Positions 8,106 through 18,718 of a stretch of 55,049 nucleotides of DNA are shown here, one piece after another. The stretch comes from Bacteroidales bacterium (GTDB taxonomy: Bacteria; Bacteroidota; Bacteroidia; Bacteroidales; FEN-979): assembly GCA_049520195.1 (NCBI GenBank), contig JBEKQA010000001.1:1-55049 (forward strand). Direction: 5' to 3'. Position 1 is the stretch's first letter; each line of letters opens with the position of its first letter. The notes under the pieces are model-generated. The model did not search any database. It saw nothing but the letters and a program-made list of their open reading frames with translations, and was not told the DNA's origin. The translations under genes were made by a program, and so were the position numbers.

Positions 8106-9395
8106 CTATCTTTCCAGTGTTTGAAGACGATCCGGGCCTATAGAAACCATTTCAACAGGAATTCCGGTTTCTTTCTCAATAATGCGGATATAATCTGTTA
8201 ACTGAACTGGCAGGGCTTCAAAAGATTGGATGCCGTCAAGCGAGCAATTCCAGCCATCCATTTCCTGATAAACAGGTTCCAGGCTGACATCAGACAAATC
8301 AAAGGGAAATTCGTCAGTGACCTTTCCGTCTGATTTGTATTTACTGCAAATCTGTATTTTCTTAAATGTATTCAGCACATCGGCTTTCATCATGATCAAT
8401 GTGTCGACACCATTCAGCATTATAGAGTACTTCAATGCCGGAAAGTCAAGCCATCCGCAACGGCGCGGGCGTCCTGTAGTTGAGCCGAATTCATTTCCGT
8501 TACATCTCAGAACTGATCCTGTTTCATCTTTTAGTTCTGTAGGGAATGGGCCGGAACCGACACGTGTGCAATACGCTTTGAAAACCCCGTAGATCTTGCC
8601 TACACAATGCGGGGATATCCCTAATCCACAACATACTCCGGCTGCAATCGTGTTAGAAGAAGTCACAAAGGGATAGGAACCAAAATCCACATCGAGCAAG
8701 GAACCTTGTGCTCCTTCAGCCATGACGCTTTTGCCTTCATCAAGACTTTTGTTTAAAAATTGCTCTCCTTCCACCATTCTGAATGACCTCATTCTGTCTA
8801 TGGCTTCGAACCATTTTTCTTCATAATCTTCTAATTGAAGGCCATCGAATGTAATGCCAGCGAGGTCAACAGAATATGAATCAATAGTATGAAGGTGCAT
8901 TTCCTTTAGTGCACGGTAATGGTCTATGAAATTCTTATCATTCATATCCCCTACTCTGAGTCCATTCCTTGCGAATTTATCCGTATAAGTGGGGCCGATA
9001 CCTTTGAGTGTTGACCCAATTTTCGACTGGCCTTTCTTTGTTTCCGAAGCTGCATCCAGCAGACGATGGGTTGGCAGGATAAGATGTGCCCGGGTCGAGA
9101 TAAGGAGATTTTCTTTTGCCTGAATACCGGCTTCTGCAAGTTTATCAACCTCTTTGATGAAAATGAAGGGATCAATGATTACGCCGTTGCCTATAAGATT
9201 TAGAGTAGAACGATGAAATATCCCGGAAGGGATTGTGTGTAATACAAATTTCCTGCCATCAAATTCAATAGTGTGTCCCGCATTGGGGCCTCCCTGAAAA
9301 CGGGCAATAATGTCATAATGAGGAGTGAAGACATCAACAATCTTACCTTTCCCTTCATCGCCCCATTGTAATCCCAGGATTACATCAACCTTCAT
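8106..9395 (-). CDS. purA: Adenylosuccinate synthase
   Basis: 429 aa. The N-terminus MKVDVILGLQWGDEGKGKIVD and the GIGPTY and TTGRPRRCGW motifs are diagnostic. Confidence 0.97.
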   Translation of the reverse strand: MKVDVILGLQWGDEGKGKIVDVFTPHYDIIARFQGGPNAGHTIEFDGRKFVLHTIPSGIFHRSTLNLIGNGVIIDPFIFIKEVDKLAEAGIQAKENLLISTRAHLILPTHRLLDAASETKKGQSKIGSTLKGIGPTYTDKFARNGLRVGDMNDKNFIDHYRALKEMHLHTIDSYSVDLAGITFDGLQLEDYEEKWFEAIDRMRSFRMVEGEQFLNKSLDEGKSVMAEGAQGSLLDVDFGSYPFVTSSNTIAAGVCCGLGISPHCVGKIYGVFKAYCTRVGSGPFPTELKDETGSVLRCNGNEFGSTTGRPRRCGWLDFPALKYSIMLNGVDTLIMMKADVLNTFKKIQICSKYKSDGKVTDEFPFDLSDVSLEPVYQEMDGWNCSLDGIQSFEALPVQLTDYIRIIEKETGIPVEMVSIGPDRLQTLER

Positions 9396-9406
9396 AAGCG
9401 GTAGAT

Positions 9407-9859
9407 TTACTTCTTCGGTTTTGGATTTCCGTAAAAAGTCAGTGAATAATTAACAATATCAACATTGAATTGGCTTTCTACATTCTTCTTTATCGTTTCG
9501 ATATTGGGATCATAGAATTCAAGAACATTACCAGATTCAATGAAGATGAAATGATCATGTTGCCGAACCAGTGTGGATTTCTCAAATTGTGCATAATTAG
9601 TCCCAAACTGATGTTTTGTAACCAATCCGCAATCCAGCAATAACTCTATTGTATTGTACAAGGTAGCCCGGCTTACCCTGTATTTATGATTCTTCATCCG
9701 GATGTAAAGTGTCTCAATATCAAAATGGCCATCGGTGGCAAAAATCTCTTTGAGGATGGTGTACCTTTCAGGAGTCTTGCGATGAGCATGCTTTTCGAGA
9801 TATTCAGTAAAAATTTTACGAATGGCTTCAAACGAATCCTCAGCTGTTTTCTTAATCAT
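9407..9859 (-). CDS. Fur family transcriptional regulator
   Basis: 150 aa. Winged-helix part is RKTPERYTILKEIFATDGHFDIETLY...SRATLYNTIELLLDCGLV, followed by an HDHF motif. There are no CxxC zinc-site pairs. Confidence 0.8.
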   Translation of the reverse strand: MIKKTAEDSFEAIRKIFTEYLEKHAHRKTPERYTILKEIFATDGHFDIETLYIRMKNHKYRVSRATLYNTIELLLDCGLVTKHQFGTNYAQFEKSTLVRQHDHFIFIESGNVLEFYDPNIETIKKNVESQFNVDIVNYSLTFYGNPKPKK

Positions 9860-9925
9860 GACTTGAAATTTTTCGTAAAATTACATAATTCACATATATT
9901 TAGAACAAATAAAAATAGTTTTTTT

Positions 9926-12148
9926 TTAATCCACTCTGGCGACTTTTTTTATCCCATCGATCCGGTGAAGATCACTTAAAAGGTGATTCAGGGTATCGGT
10001 ATCCCGAACATAAAGTAATACCTCCCCTTCTGTAAGTCCATTCTTTGCTTCAAGATGAAAGGATTTTATATTCAGGTTCAGCTCGTTAGAAATAATCTTT
10101 GTGATATCATTGATCATACCCATCTTATCCAACCCTGATATTTTTATGCCGGCCAGAAACGAAATAGATTCCTGGTTCTTCCAGTCGATCTTGACAACTC
10201 TGTTCCCGAAACTGGCCATAAGCTCTTGTGCCCTATTACATTTGGTCCGGTGTATCTGGATGGGTTTGTCCGGCGAAAGATCCAGACCGATAATTTCATC
10301 ACCCGGAATGGGATTACAACATTTGGAAATTTCATATCCTAACTGATGAACTCCATTTGGTTTGGGTTCATTTCCTTTGGAGACTCCATTTCTCATCCCA
10401 TGACCATCATCTGCAAATTGATCATTAGGATGAGTCTTACGTGTGGGATGGATCATAAAATTTAGCCATCCTGGTTTCAAAGCAGAAGCAGCATAGAACT
10501 TGACTTCTTTCTGTCCTATCCTGTCATGCGCAACAGTATAATACAGATCTATCAGGCTTGATATGTTGTTTATTTTAATGAATTTCCTTATGTTCTCATG
10601 GGTAAATTCAACTTCATTCCTAAGGAAGAGTTTCTCTAGTTTTTCCTTACCCTGCTTATAATATTTCTTCTTTTCCCTTTTGAGGCCAAGCTTGATATTA
10701 CTTTTCGCTCTTGTGGTGACTACATAGCTTAGCCACTCATCTTTTGGAGTCTGGTTTTTGGAAGTGATTATCTCGATCTGCTCTCCATTTTTCAGAATAT
10801 GGTTTATGGGAACCAGTTTTTTATCAACCTTGGCACCTACACAGGTGGTACCAATCTCGGAATGAATGGCATAGGCAAAGTCCAGGACAGAAGATTTTGC
10901 AGGCAGCGTTCGAAGTTCACCGGACGGAGTAAAGACAGATATCTCATCAAGAAAAAAGTATCCTTTAACATCATCAATAAAAGAGAGTGCATCTGTATCC
11001 GGATTCTCGATCATTTCCCGGATACGATCAAGCCAGTTTTCAAGCCGGCTGCTGAATTTCATTGTATCCTTGTATTTCCAATGTGCAGCATACCCTTTCT
11101 CAGCAATCTCATCCATTCGTTTTGACCTGATCTGGATTTCCACCCACTGACCAGTATGACTCATGACCGTGGTATGCAAAGCTTCATATCCATTCGCTTT
11201 AGGGATGGAAATCCAGTCGCGTAGGCGGTCACTGTTCGGATGGTAAAGCTCAGTGATAGTAGAGTAAACTTTCCAGCACTCTGATTTTTCAGTTTCAATG
11301 GGTGCATCAACAATGATACGGATTGCAAAAATGTCGTATATTTCTTCAAAGGAGACCTCCTTTGTCTTCATTTTTTCCCAGATGGAATAAATAGATTTTG
11401 CACGTGCTGAGATTGTATAATTGATACCCTGGGAAGCAAGGTTCTTTTTTATTGGGTAGATGAATTTGCTTATGAAACGGGAACGTCCCTTTTCAGATTC
11501 TTTAAGTTTGTTTGAGATGGAGATATAGACTTCCGGTTCTATGTATTTAAGAGCCAGATCCTGTAGTTCGCTTTTGATGGCATGGAGTCCTAACCGATGT
11601 GCCAATGGAGCATAAAGGTATATTGTTTCTGATGCTATCTTCAACTGTTTTTCCGGTGCCATGGCATCCAGGGTTCTCATATTATGCAAGCGATCAGCCA
11701 GTTTTATAAGAATGACCCGAACATCATCTGAAAGTGTGATGAGAAGACGTTTAAAATTCTCAGCCTGAATCGAGGTGGTTCTTTGGTCAAAAATCCCCTT
11801 GATCTTTGTGAGGCTATCGATGATAGATGCAACCTTTTCGCCAAAGAGGCCACGGATGTCATCCAAAGTAAATTCGGTATCCTCAACAACATCGTGCAAC
11901 AAGGCACAAACTACCGATGTTGTTCCAAGACCAATCTCCCCGGCTGCTATCGTGGCTACGCCAATAGGATGATAAATATAAGGTTCCCCGCTTTTTCTAC
12001 GCATGTCCCTGTGTGCATTCACAGCAACATCAAAAGCCCTGCGCACCTGTTTTTTATCTTTTAATGTTTTAGGTTTGTACACACGTAATAAGCCGCGATA
12101 TCGCTTCAGGATCTCTTTTTTTTCTTCTTCGGCATTGATTGAATACAT
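9926..12148 (-). CDS. rel: Bifunctional (p)ppGpp synthetase/hydrolase, RelA/SpoT family
   Basis: 740 aa. It has the HD hydrolase motif (LLHDVVEDT), a RelA/SpoT synthetase domain (YEALHTTV, GYAAHWKYK), and TGS and ACT-like C-terminal domains. Confidence 0.95.
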   Translation of the reverse strand: MYSINAEEEKKEILKRYRGLLRVYKPKTLKDKKQVRRAFDVAVNAHRDMRRKSGEPYIYHPIGVATIAAGEIGLGTTSVVCALLHDVVEDTEFTLDDIRGLFGEKVASIIDSLTKIKGIFDQRTTSIQAENFKRLLITLSDDVRVILIKLADRLHNMRTLDAMAPEKQLKIASETIYLYAPLAHRLGLHAIKSELQDLALKYIEPEVYISISNKLKESEKGRSRFISKFIYPIKKNLASQGINYTISARAKSIYSIWEKMKTKEVSFEEIYDIFAIRIIVDAPIETEKSECWKVYSTITELYHPNSDRLRDWISIPKANGYEALHTTVMSHTGQWVEIQIRSKRMDEIAEKGYAAHWKYKDTMKFSSRLENWLDRIREMIENPDTDALSFIDDVKGYFFLDEISVFTPSGELRTLPAKSSVLDFAYAIHSEIGTTCVGAKVDKKLVPINHILKNGEQIEIITSKNQTPKDEWLSYVVTTRAKSNIKLGLKREKKKYYKQGKEKLEKLFLRNEVEFTHENIRKFIKINNISSLIDLYYTVAHDRIGQKEVKFYAASALKPGWLNFMIHPTRKTHPNDQFADDGHGMRNGVSKGNEPKPNGVHQLGYEISKCCNPIPGDEIIGLDLSPDKPIQIHRTKCNRAQELMASFGNRVVKIDWKNQESISFLAGIKISGLDKMGMINDITKIISNELNLNIKSFHLEAKNGLTEGEVLLYVRDTDTLNHLLSDLHRIDGIKKVARVD

Positions 12149-12177
12149 ATTAATTCTGGCTATTTCCTATCGATTTA

Positions 12178-12185
12178 CAAAGTTA
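12178..12185 (-). promoter_or_regulatory. -7 box (TAacTTTG) for rel
   Basis: Plus strand CAAAGTTA is TAACTTTG on the minus strand, 30 nt upstream of the rel ATG. Confidence 0.45.
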
Positions 12186-12240
12186 GTGGAAAATTTGATT
12201 GAACTGAAATTTAGCGCAGCTTTATAACAGGGATTTTTAT

Positions 12241-12248
12241 TACTTTTG
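12241..12248 (+). promoter_or_regulatory. -7 box (TActTTTG) for the T9SS type-B cargo gene
   Basis: TACTTTTG lies 27 nt upstream of ATG 12276. It overlaps the TTG at 12246 used by the ORF track, which argues against that upstream start. Confidence 0.45.
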
Positions 12249-12275
12249 AGAGAAATTTTCTTATCAGGTCCGGCT

Positions 12276-14903
12276 ATGGCAATTCCTTTACTAAGAAAGC
12301 TGTTCTATCTTCTTGCTCTGATTACATTCGGTTGTCTTCCGTTCATATCCTTTGCCACTCATGAGCGGGCTGCAGAGATCTTTTTCCGTCATGTTTCCGG
12401 TTTAACATATGAGGTTACTCTTATTTCTTATACTTACACGCCAAGTCCAGCGAATTTGGCTCGTAATTTTTTGACCATTGACTGGGATGATGGCACTACA
12501 AGTCAGATCCCGAGGGTTGTAGAGACGAATCTTCCAAATGAAATCACATACAACCAGTATGTTGGACAGCATACATATACAGGGCCGGGCGATTTCATCA
12601 TTTCCTGTGAAGACCCAAACCGGAATGGTGGGATCCTGAACATTCCGAATTCGATCAACATTCCGATGTATATATACTCTGAACTACTTATCAGTCCTTT
12701 TCTTGGAGCATATGATAATTCTCCCATTCTATTGGTACCTCCTGTTGATAATGGTTGTGTTAATGAACCCTTCTACCATAACCCTGGAGCCTACGATCCT
12801 GATGGAGATAGTCTGTCATACAAGCTTGTTCCCTGCCTTGGTGATCAGGGCAAGGTCATTCCCGGTTATATACTTCCACAGACAGGACCTCCCAACATCA
12901 TCCGTCTTGATTCTATCACCGGAGATTTCTTTTGGGATAGCCCTCCAATGCAAGGAGAATATAACATTGCCATCCTTGTCGAAGAATGGAGAAATGGCGT
13001 CAAGATTGGTGGGGTCGAAAGAGATATGCAGATCATCATTCTTGCTTGTAGCAGTAAACCTCCTGTAATTGACACTATTAAAGATACCTGTGTTGAAGCA
13101 GGAACAACTCTGACTTTCCCTGTCAGAGCCTATGACCCTGACAGCTTGGCACTTACACTGACTGCTTCAGGACAGCCATTACTTATGACAGATCATCCTG
13201 CATCGATGATTCCAAATCCCGCATCAGGATCAGGACATGTTTATGCCAGTTTTTACTGGCCAACCGCATGCAGCGAGGTCAGAGAGCAACCCTATGAAAT
13301 GTATTTTAAAGCACTAAACAATGCTTCTCCGGTCCAGCTTGCCGATATCAGCTCCATGCAGATAAAAGTAGTCGGCCCTGCTCCACTGAACCTTACCGCT
13401 GTGCCACTTGGAACTTCCATCACCCTGAACTGGGATAATTATATCTGTCAGAATGCAAGTGGATATTACATTTACAGGAAAACAGATTCGACAGGGTTCC
13501 ATCACGGCTACTGCCAGACCGGAGTTCCTCCCTATCTGGGATATACACTGATCGATAAGATCAATGATATTACGCGAACCAGTTACACTGACAACGACCA
13601 GGGTGCAGGCCTGACACAGGGAATAAAGTATTGCTATATGATTGTTGCAGTTTATCCAGATCAGGCCCAAAGCTTTGCATCCAACGAAGCCTGTGCACAC
13701 CTTAAAAAAGATGTCGCCGTAATTACCAATGTAAGCATTACCACTACCGATGCATCTTCCGGGGCTATTTATCTGGCCTGGTCAAAACCTACTGAAATTG
13801 ATACAATCCAGGCTCCCGGACCCTATAAATACATTATTTATAGATCCATCCCTTCAAATCCAGGTCAGTACATGGCTATAGATTCAATCACATATCTGAA
13901 TGATACGACCTATCATGATTCTCTTTTGAACACACTTCAGGACATTTACAAGTACCGGATAGATCTTTATAATATCACGCCTGGGGACCGTTTCCTGATT
14001 GGTCCTTCACAAGTCGCATCTTCGATCTTTTTAAACATCACTCCTACTGATAAAAAGCTGAAGCTCAGGTGGAACAATGATGTTCCATGGACAAACTATC
14101 AGTTTGTCATCTATCGCAAAAATCTTTTTACCGGAATATTTGATTCTATCGGAACATCAACAGTGCCGGCGTATGATGATAAAAAGTTACGGAATGGAAC
14201 GGAAAGATGTTATTTCATAAAATGTATCGGAACTTATTCTGCTCCGGGTTTTGCTCATCCCCTGATCAACTTCTCTCAAATCAATTGTGCAACTCCTATC
14301 GATAATATACCTCCTTGTCCTCCTCAACTGACTGTCAAAACAGATTGTGAACAATCAACGAACCATCTTAGCTGGAGGAACCTAATCGACACCTGTTCCA
14401 ACGACATCGTTAAGTATTACATCTATTTCAGCCGTTGCAGTGGCGGACAGTTTTCTTTGATTGACTCCCTTAACAATATCAATGATACGATATATGAACA
14501 TAGCCAGGATAACTCTGTCACAGGTTGCTATGCTTTGATGGCTGTGGATTCAGCAGGAAATAAAAGCACTTATAGCAATATTGCCTGTATTAATTACAAC
14601 ATCTGTGAATACAAGCTGCCAAACGTTTTTACTCCAAACAGAGACGATATACCTGAGAACCAGATATTTCAACCGAGGAAACCATTTTCCTCAGTCGATC
14701 ATCTAAACATGACGATTTTAGATCGGTGGGGTAAAGTAGTCTATACAACGACCGATCCCAATATAAACTGGGACGGGAGGGATAAAAATACTCACCAGCG
14801 TTGCAGTGACGGCGTCTATTATTACATTTGTGAAGTGTATGAGAAAGCATTGTGCGGCGACCAGAAGATTGTTCTCAAAGGTGCCGTCACAATTCTTCAT
14901 TAG
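12276..14903 (+). CDS. Large secreted protein with T9SS type B (gliding-motility-associated) C-terminal sorting domain
   Basis: From ATG 12276 the signal peptide is MAIPLLRKLFYLLALITFGCLPFISFA, followed by the ATHERAAEI motif seen at the start of this family. The C-terminus YKLPNVFTPNRDD...ILDRWGKVVY...WDGRD...GVYYYICEV matches the type B sorting domain. Confidence 0.8.
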   Translation: MAIPLLRKLFYLLALITFGCLPFISFATHERAAEIFFRHVSGLTYEVTLISYTYTPSPANLARNFLTIDWDDGTTSQIPRVVETNLPNEITYNQYVGQHTYTGPGDFIISCEDPNRNGGILNIPNSINIPMYIYSELLISPFLGAYDNSPILLVPPVDNGCVNEPFYHNPGAYDPDGDSLSYKLVPCLGDQGKVIPGYILPQTGPPNIIRLDSITGDFFWDSPPMQGEYNIAILVEEWRNGVKIGGVERDMQIIILACSSKPPVIDTIKDTCVEAGTTLTFPVRAYDPDSLALTLTASGQPLLMTDHPASMIPNPASGSGHVYASFYWPTACSEVREQPYEMYFKALNNASPVQLADISSMQIKVVGPAPLNLTAVPLGTSITLNWDNYICQNASGYYIYRKTDSTGFHHGYCQTGVPPYLGYTLIDKINDITRTSYTDNDQGAGLTQGIKYCYMIVAVYPDQAQSFASNEACAHLKKDVAVITNVSITTTDASSGAIYLAWSKPTEIDTIQAPGPYKYIIYRSIPSNPGQYMAIDSITYLNDTTYHDSLLNTLQDIYKYRIDLYNITPGDRFLIGPSQVASSIFLNITPTDKKLKLRWNNDVPWTNYQFVIYRKNLFTGIFDSIGTSTVPAYDDKKLRNGTERCYFIKCIGTYSAPGFAHPLINFSQINCATPIDNIPPCPPQLTVKTDCEQSTNHLSWRNLIDTCSNDIVKYYIYFSRCSGGQFSLIDSLNNINDTIYEHSQDNSVTGCYALMAVDSAGNKSTYSNIACINYNICEYKLPNVFTPNRDDIPENQIFQPRKPFSSVDHLNMTILDRWGKVVYTTTDPNINWDGRDKNTHQRCSDGVYYYICEVYEKALCGDQKIVLKGAVTILH

Positions 14904-14983
14904 TTCCTCTCTGAAGTGTTGTCAGGTGGTATATTTTTTTATCAGACCGCAACATCCGAACAATAAGAATTATGACAAAGTTG

Positions 14984-14991
14984 TATATTTG
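14984..14991 (+). promoter_or_regulatory. -7 box (TAtaTTTG) abutting the lepA start codon
   Basis: TATATTTG ends 5 nt before the GTG at 14997. Confidence 0.4.
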
Positions 14992-14996
14992 CAGCC

Positions 14997-16784
14997 GTGA
15001 AAAATATACGCAACTTCTGTATTATCGCCCACATTGACCACGGCAAATCAACTCTGGCTGATCGCTTGCTGGAATTGACCCATACCATATCCGAGCGTGA
15101 TTTCCAGGAACAGGTATTGGATGATATGGAACTTGAGCGTGAGCGTGGCATTACCATTAAAAGCCATGCCATCCAGATGAAATACACTGCTGAAGATCAG
15201 GATTATATCTTTAACCTCATTGACACCCCTGGTCATGTTGATTTTTCCTACGAGGTTTCGCGTGCTATTGCAGCCTGTGAAGGTGCTCTACTGGTGATAG
15301 ACGCAACACAGGGGATCCAGGCTCAAACCATTTCAAATCTGTATCTGGCTATTGATCATAATCTTACCATTATTCCTGTACTGAATAAAATAGACATGGA
15401 TAATGCGATGGTGGAAGAGGTAAAAGATCAGATTGTTGACCTCCTGGGGTGCGATCGTGACGAAATCATCGAAGCCAGCGCGAAACTTGGGATTGGAATT
15501 GAGCGGATCATGACCGATATTATCCATAAGATCCCTGCACCTTCAGGCGATCCCGATGCCCCTCTTCAGGCATTGATCTTCGATTCAGTGTTCAATTCCT
15601 ACCGGGGTATTGTTGGATATTTCAGGATCATGAATGGAACATTGAAAAAAGGCGATCACGTGAAATTCTTTCATTCAGGTACTGATTATCATGCCGATGA
15701 GATAGGAGTGTTGAAACTAAAGCAGGAACCAAGAAATAGCTTAAGTGCAGGCGATGTTGGTTATATTATTTCCGGAATTAAAAGCAGCAAAGATGTCCAG
15801 GTTGGCGACACTCTGACACATTTTGACCGCCCGTGCACATCAGGAATTGAAGGATATGCGACGGTTAAACCTATGGTTTTTGCCGGCATATACCCTATTG
15901 ACGCAGATGATTACGAAGAATTGCGCGATTCGCTTGATAAGTTGAAGCTGAACGATGCTTCCCTCTCTTTCGAACCTGAATCTTCTGCGGCTCTTGGATT
16001 CGGGTTCCGTTGTGGTTTTCTTGGTCTGCTCCATATGGAAATTGTCCAGGAACGTCTGGACCGTGAATTTGATATGGACGTAATCACTACAGTCCCAAAC
16101 GTTTCCTATAAAGTATATACAACCAAAGGGGAAGTCATCGAAGTTCACAACCCATCCGGATTACCTGAACTCACCCAGATCGATCATATTGAGGAACCCT
16201 ATATTCATGCAAATATCATAACCCGTGCTGAATACATGGGTGGGATTATGAAACTCTGTATAGACAAGCGAGGAGTATTGAAAAACCAGGTCTATCTTAC
16301 GACTGACCGGATCGAGCTTACTGTGGAACTTCCACTTGGAGAGATCGTATTTGATTTCTATGATAAACTGAAGAGCATTTCCAAGGGATATGCCTCTTTT
16401 GATTATCATATTTTCGGACATCAGGAAGCCGATCTTGTTAAGCTTGATATCCTTTTGAACGGCGATACCGTTGATGCCCTTTCAACATTATTGCACAGGG
16501 ACAATGCCTACGATTTCGGAAGAAAATTCTGCATCAAACTGAAAGAATATATTCCACGACAGCAGTATGATGTAGCGATACAGGCTGCCATCGGGGCAAA
16601 GATCATCGCCCGCGAAACCGTTAAAGCCGTCAGGAAAGATGTAACTGCAAAATGCTACGGAGGAGATATCACCCGTAAAAGAAAACTCCTTGAAAAACAG
16701 AAAAAAGGAAAGAAAAGAATGCGCCAGATTGGTAATGTAGAAGTTCCGCAGAAAGCATTCCTGGCTGTTTTGAAGCTTGACTAG
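14997..16784 (+). CDS. lepA: Elongation factor 4 (LepA)
   Basis: 595 aa. The N-terminus [25 protein letters not shown] is near-identical to canonical LepA. The start codon is GTG. Confidence 0.97.
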   Translation: MKNIRNFCIIAHIDHGKSTLADRLLELTHTISERDFQEQVLDDMELERERGITIKSHAIQMKYTAEDQDYIFNLIDTPGHVDFSYEVSRAIAACEGALLVIDATQGIQAQTISNLYLAIDHNLTIIPVLNKIDMDNAMVEEVKDQIVDLLGCDRDEIIEASAKLGIGIERIMTDIIHKIPAPSGDPDAPLQALIFDSVFNSYRGIVGYFRIMNGTLKKGDHVKFFHSGTDYHADEIGVLKLKQEPRNSLSAGDVGYIISGIKSSKDVQVGDTLTHFDRPCTSGIEGYATVKPMVFAGIYPIDADDYEELRDSLDKLKLNDASLSFEPESSAALGFGFRCGFLGLLHMEIVQERLDREFDMDVITTVPNVSYKVYTTKGEVIEVHNPSGLPELTQIDHIEEPYIHANIITRAEYMGGIMKLCIDKRGVLKNQVYLTTDRIELTVELPLGEIVFDFYDKLKSISKGYASFDYHIFGHQEADLVKLDILLNGDTVDALSTLLHRDNAYDFGRKFCIKLKEYIPRQQYDVAIQAAIGAKIIARETVKAVRKDVTAKCYGGDITRKRKLLEKQKKGKKRMRQIGNVEVPQKAFLAVLKLD

Positions 16785-16842
16785 AATTTTGCAGCTTTAA
16801 TATATCTCTGCATTCATAGTCTGAAATACCCAACCTTCTGAT

Positions 16843-17622
16843 TTACAATATCTCAACCAAAACAGCCTGATCGATCTTCAACCCAAGCAAGCTGGAGGCT
16901 TTTCCCTGGTTCATGGAAATTTCAAGATGACCGGACGAACTGAACAATGCCAACATTTCTCCATCAGGAACATCTTTATATGATCTGCTTAGTTCGTTGA
17001 TACGGTAAGTAGCAGAACGGAAGAGTATGGCGAATTTCCTCCCTTTTACAACTGACTTGAAAAAGGATTCCGTAATGTTGGTAAACACATTTTCATAATT
17101 ATCAATGTAGATGACCTTGCCCTTAATCATGTTGCCATCGACAATGGGCTTGAATGAGATACGGTTGACCAGCGTTTTCTTGGGATGGCCAAGCTCCTCC
17201 AATGGCTTTCCGGCAGCAATGTGACAAGCAACTTTAACGAATACATCCCTGGATGGAAAGGTAAAATAATCCGTGTCCTGAATAATATCCAAATCGATTA
17301 TTTTTTCAGGTAACTCATCAAATAAAAGAGAAAATATCCCGTTATCGGCTCCAATAAAATAATGCCCCTCATGCATTACCAGAGTATGAGGGGTCTCAAT
17401 TGAGGCTTCACTATTAATTCCGAGAATGTGAATGGAACCTTCAGGAAAATTTCGATAGAAATTCCTGATGATAAAAGCGGCCTGATTCAGATCAAATGCA
17501 GGGATAGTATGGCATATATCGACAACTTTTGCTTCAGGAAGCAGCCGGTAGATAGCGCCTTTGACAGCACCTAAATAATGATCCTTTAATCCCCAGTCAC
17601 TGGTAAGTGTTATAATTGCCAT
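16843..17622 (-). CDS. SAM hydroxide adenosyltransferase family protein (DUF62 / SAM-dependent chlorinase-fluorinase fold)
   Basis: I prefer the internal ATG that gives MAIITLTSDWGLKDHYLGAVKGAIY, the typical N-terminus of this family. The track start at 17673 adds 17 non-conserved-looking residues. Confidence 0.75.
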   Translation of the reverse strand: MAIITLTSDWGLKDHYLGAVKGAIYRLLPEAKVVDICHTIPAFDLNQAAFIIRNFYRNFPEGSIHILGINSEASIETPHTLVMHEGHYFIGADNGIFSLLFDELPEKIIDLDIIQDTDYFTFPSRDVFVKVACHIAAGKPLEELGHPKKTLVNRISFKPIVDGNMIKGKVIYIDNYENVFTNITESFFKSVVKGRKFAILFRSATYRINELSRSYKDVPDGEMLALFSSSGHLEISMNQGKASSLLGLKIDQAVLVEIL

Positions 17623-17638
17623 GAATAGAAAAATGCCG

Positions 17639-17646
17639 TACTTTTG
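17639..17646 (+). promoter_or_regulatory. -7 box (TActTTTG) for phoH
   Basis: TACTTTTG lies 30 nt upstream of ATG 17677, in the divergent gap. Confidence 0.45.
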
Positions 17647-17676
17647 TTTATCAAAATTAGTAATTAAATTCACTTC

Positions 17677-18627
17677 ATGAGTGAAAAAATAATTGATATT
17701 GGCTCACATCACCCTTTGGATATCTTCGGGGTGAATGATCAGAACCTGGATCGCATCCGAAAATCATTCCCAAAGCTAAAGCTTATCTCTCGTGACGACA
17801 CGATAAAAGCCATAGGCGAAGATAGTGAATTACGGGTATTTCAGCAGAAGTTTAACCTTCTTCTCCTTCATTTTGAGAAGTTTGGTAAGCTTACACAATC
17901 AGACATAGAACAAATACTCGACGCTTCATGGGAACCGGATGATACTCCGGATCAACATCATTCAGGAATATTAGTCCATGGAAAGAACGGAATGCTCATC
18001 CGGGCACGCACTGTCAATCAGCGGAATTTAGTAAAAAGCGTAGAAGAAAATGATCTCATCTTTGCCATCGGACCTGCAGGGACCGGAAAAACTTATACTG
18101 CCGTTGCTCTTGCTGTCCGTGCTCTTAAAAACAAAGAAATTCAGCGTATTATCTTAACCCGTCCAGCCGTGGAAGCTGGAGAAAACCTCGGATTTCTCCC
18201 CGGTGATCTGAAAGAAAAACTTGATCCCTACCTCCAGCCTCTATATGATGCCCTTAAAGATATGCTTCCGCCCCAAAAGCTTCTGTCTTATATCGAAGAT
18301 GGCACCATTGAGATCGCCCCGCTTGCATTTATGCGCGGACGTACTTTAAATAATGCTTTTGCGATCCTGGATGAAGCACAGAACACTACGCCAAACCAAC
18401 TCAAGATGTTCCTCACGCGGATGGGAACCTCTGCCAAGTTTATCGTGACCGGGGATATTACTCAGATAGATCTGCCTAAAAATCAGACCTCCGGACTGGT
18501 ACATTCCCAGAAGATTCTGTCAGGGATCCCGGGTATTGGCTTTGTATACCTTGACCGAAGGGATATTATCCGTCATAAATTGGTGGCTGATATTATTGAT
18601 GCTTACGGCAAGGATAAAGATCGTTAA
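17677..18627 (+). CDS. phoH: PhoH family ATPase
   Basis: 316 aa with Walker A (GPAGTGKTYTAVA), ILTRPAVEAGENLGFLPGDL and FILDEAQN-like motifs. Confidence 0.93.
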   Translation: MSEKIIDIGSHHPLDIFGVNDQNLDRIRKSFPKLKLISRDDTIKAIGEDSELRVFQQKFNLLLLHFEKFGKLTQSDIEQILDASWEPDDTPDQHHSGILVHGKNGMLIRARTVNQRNLVKSVEENDLIFAIGPAGTGKTYTAVALAVRALKNKEIQRIILTRPAVEAGENLGFLPGDLKEKLDPYLQPLYDALKDMLPPQKLLSYIEDGTIEIAPLAFMRGRTLNNAFAILDEAQNTTPNQLKMFLTRMGTSAKFIVTGDITQIDLPKNQTSGLVHSQKILSGIPGIGFVYLDRRDIIRHKLVADIIDAYGKDKDR

Positions 18628-18691
18628 TAAAGAGTAGAAATTAGTCAATAAATATCATAATCCCCGGGTACTGAAAACACGGTAAAACGGT

Positions 18692-18699
18692 TATCTTTG
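18692..18699 (+). promoter_or_regulatory. -7 box (TAtcTTTG) for purC
   Basis: TATCTTTG lies 19 nt upstream of ATG 18719. Confidence 0.5.
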
Positions 18700-18718
18700 C
18701 CTCAAAAATTCTATATCT

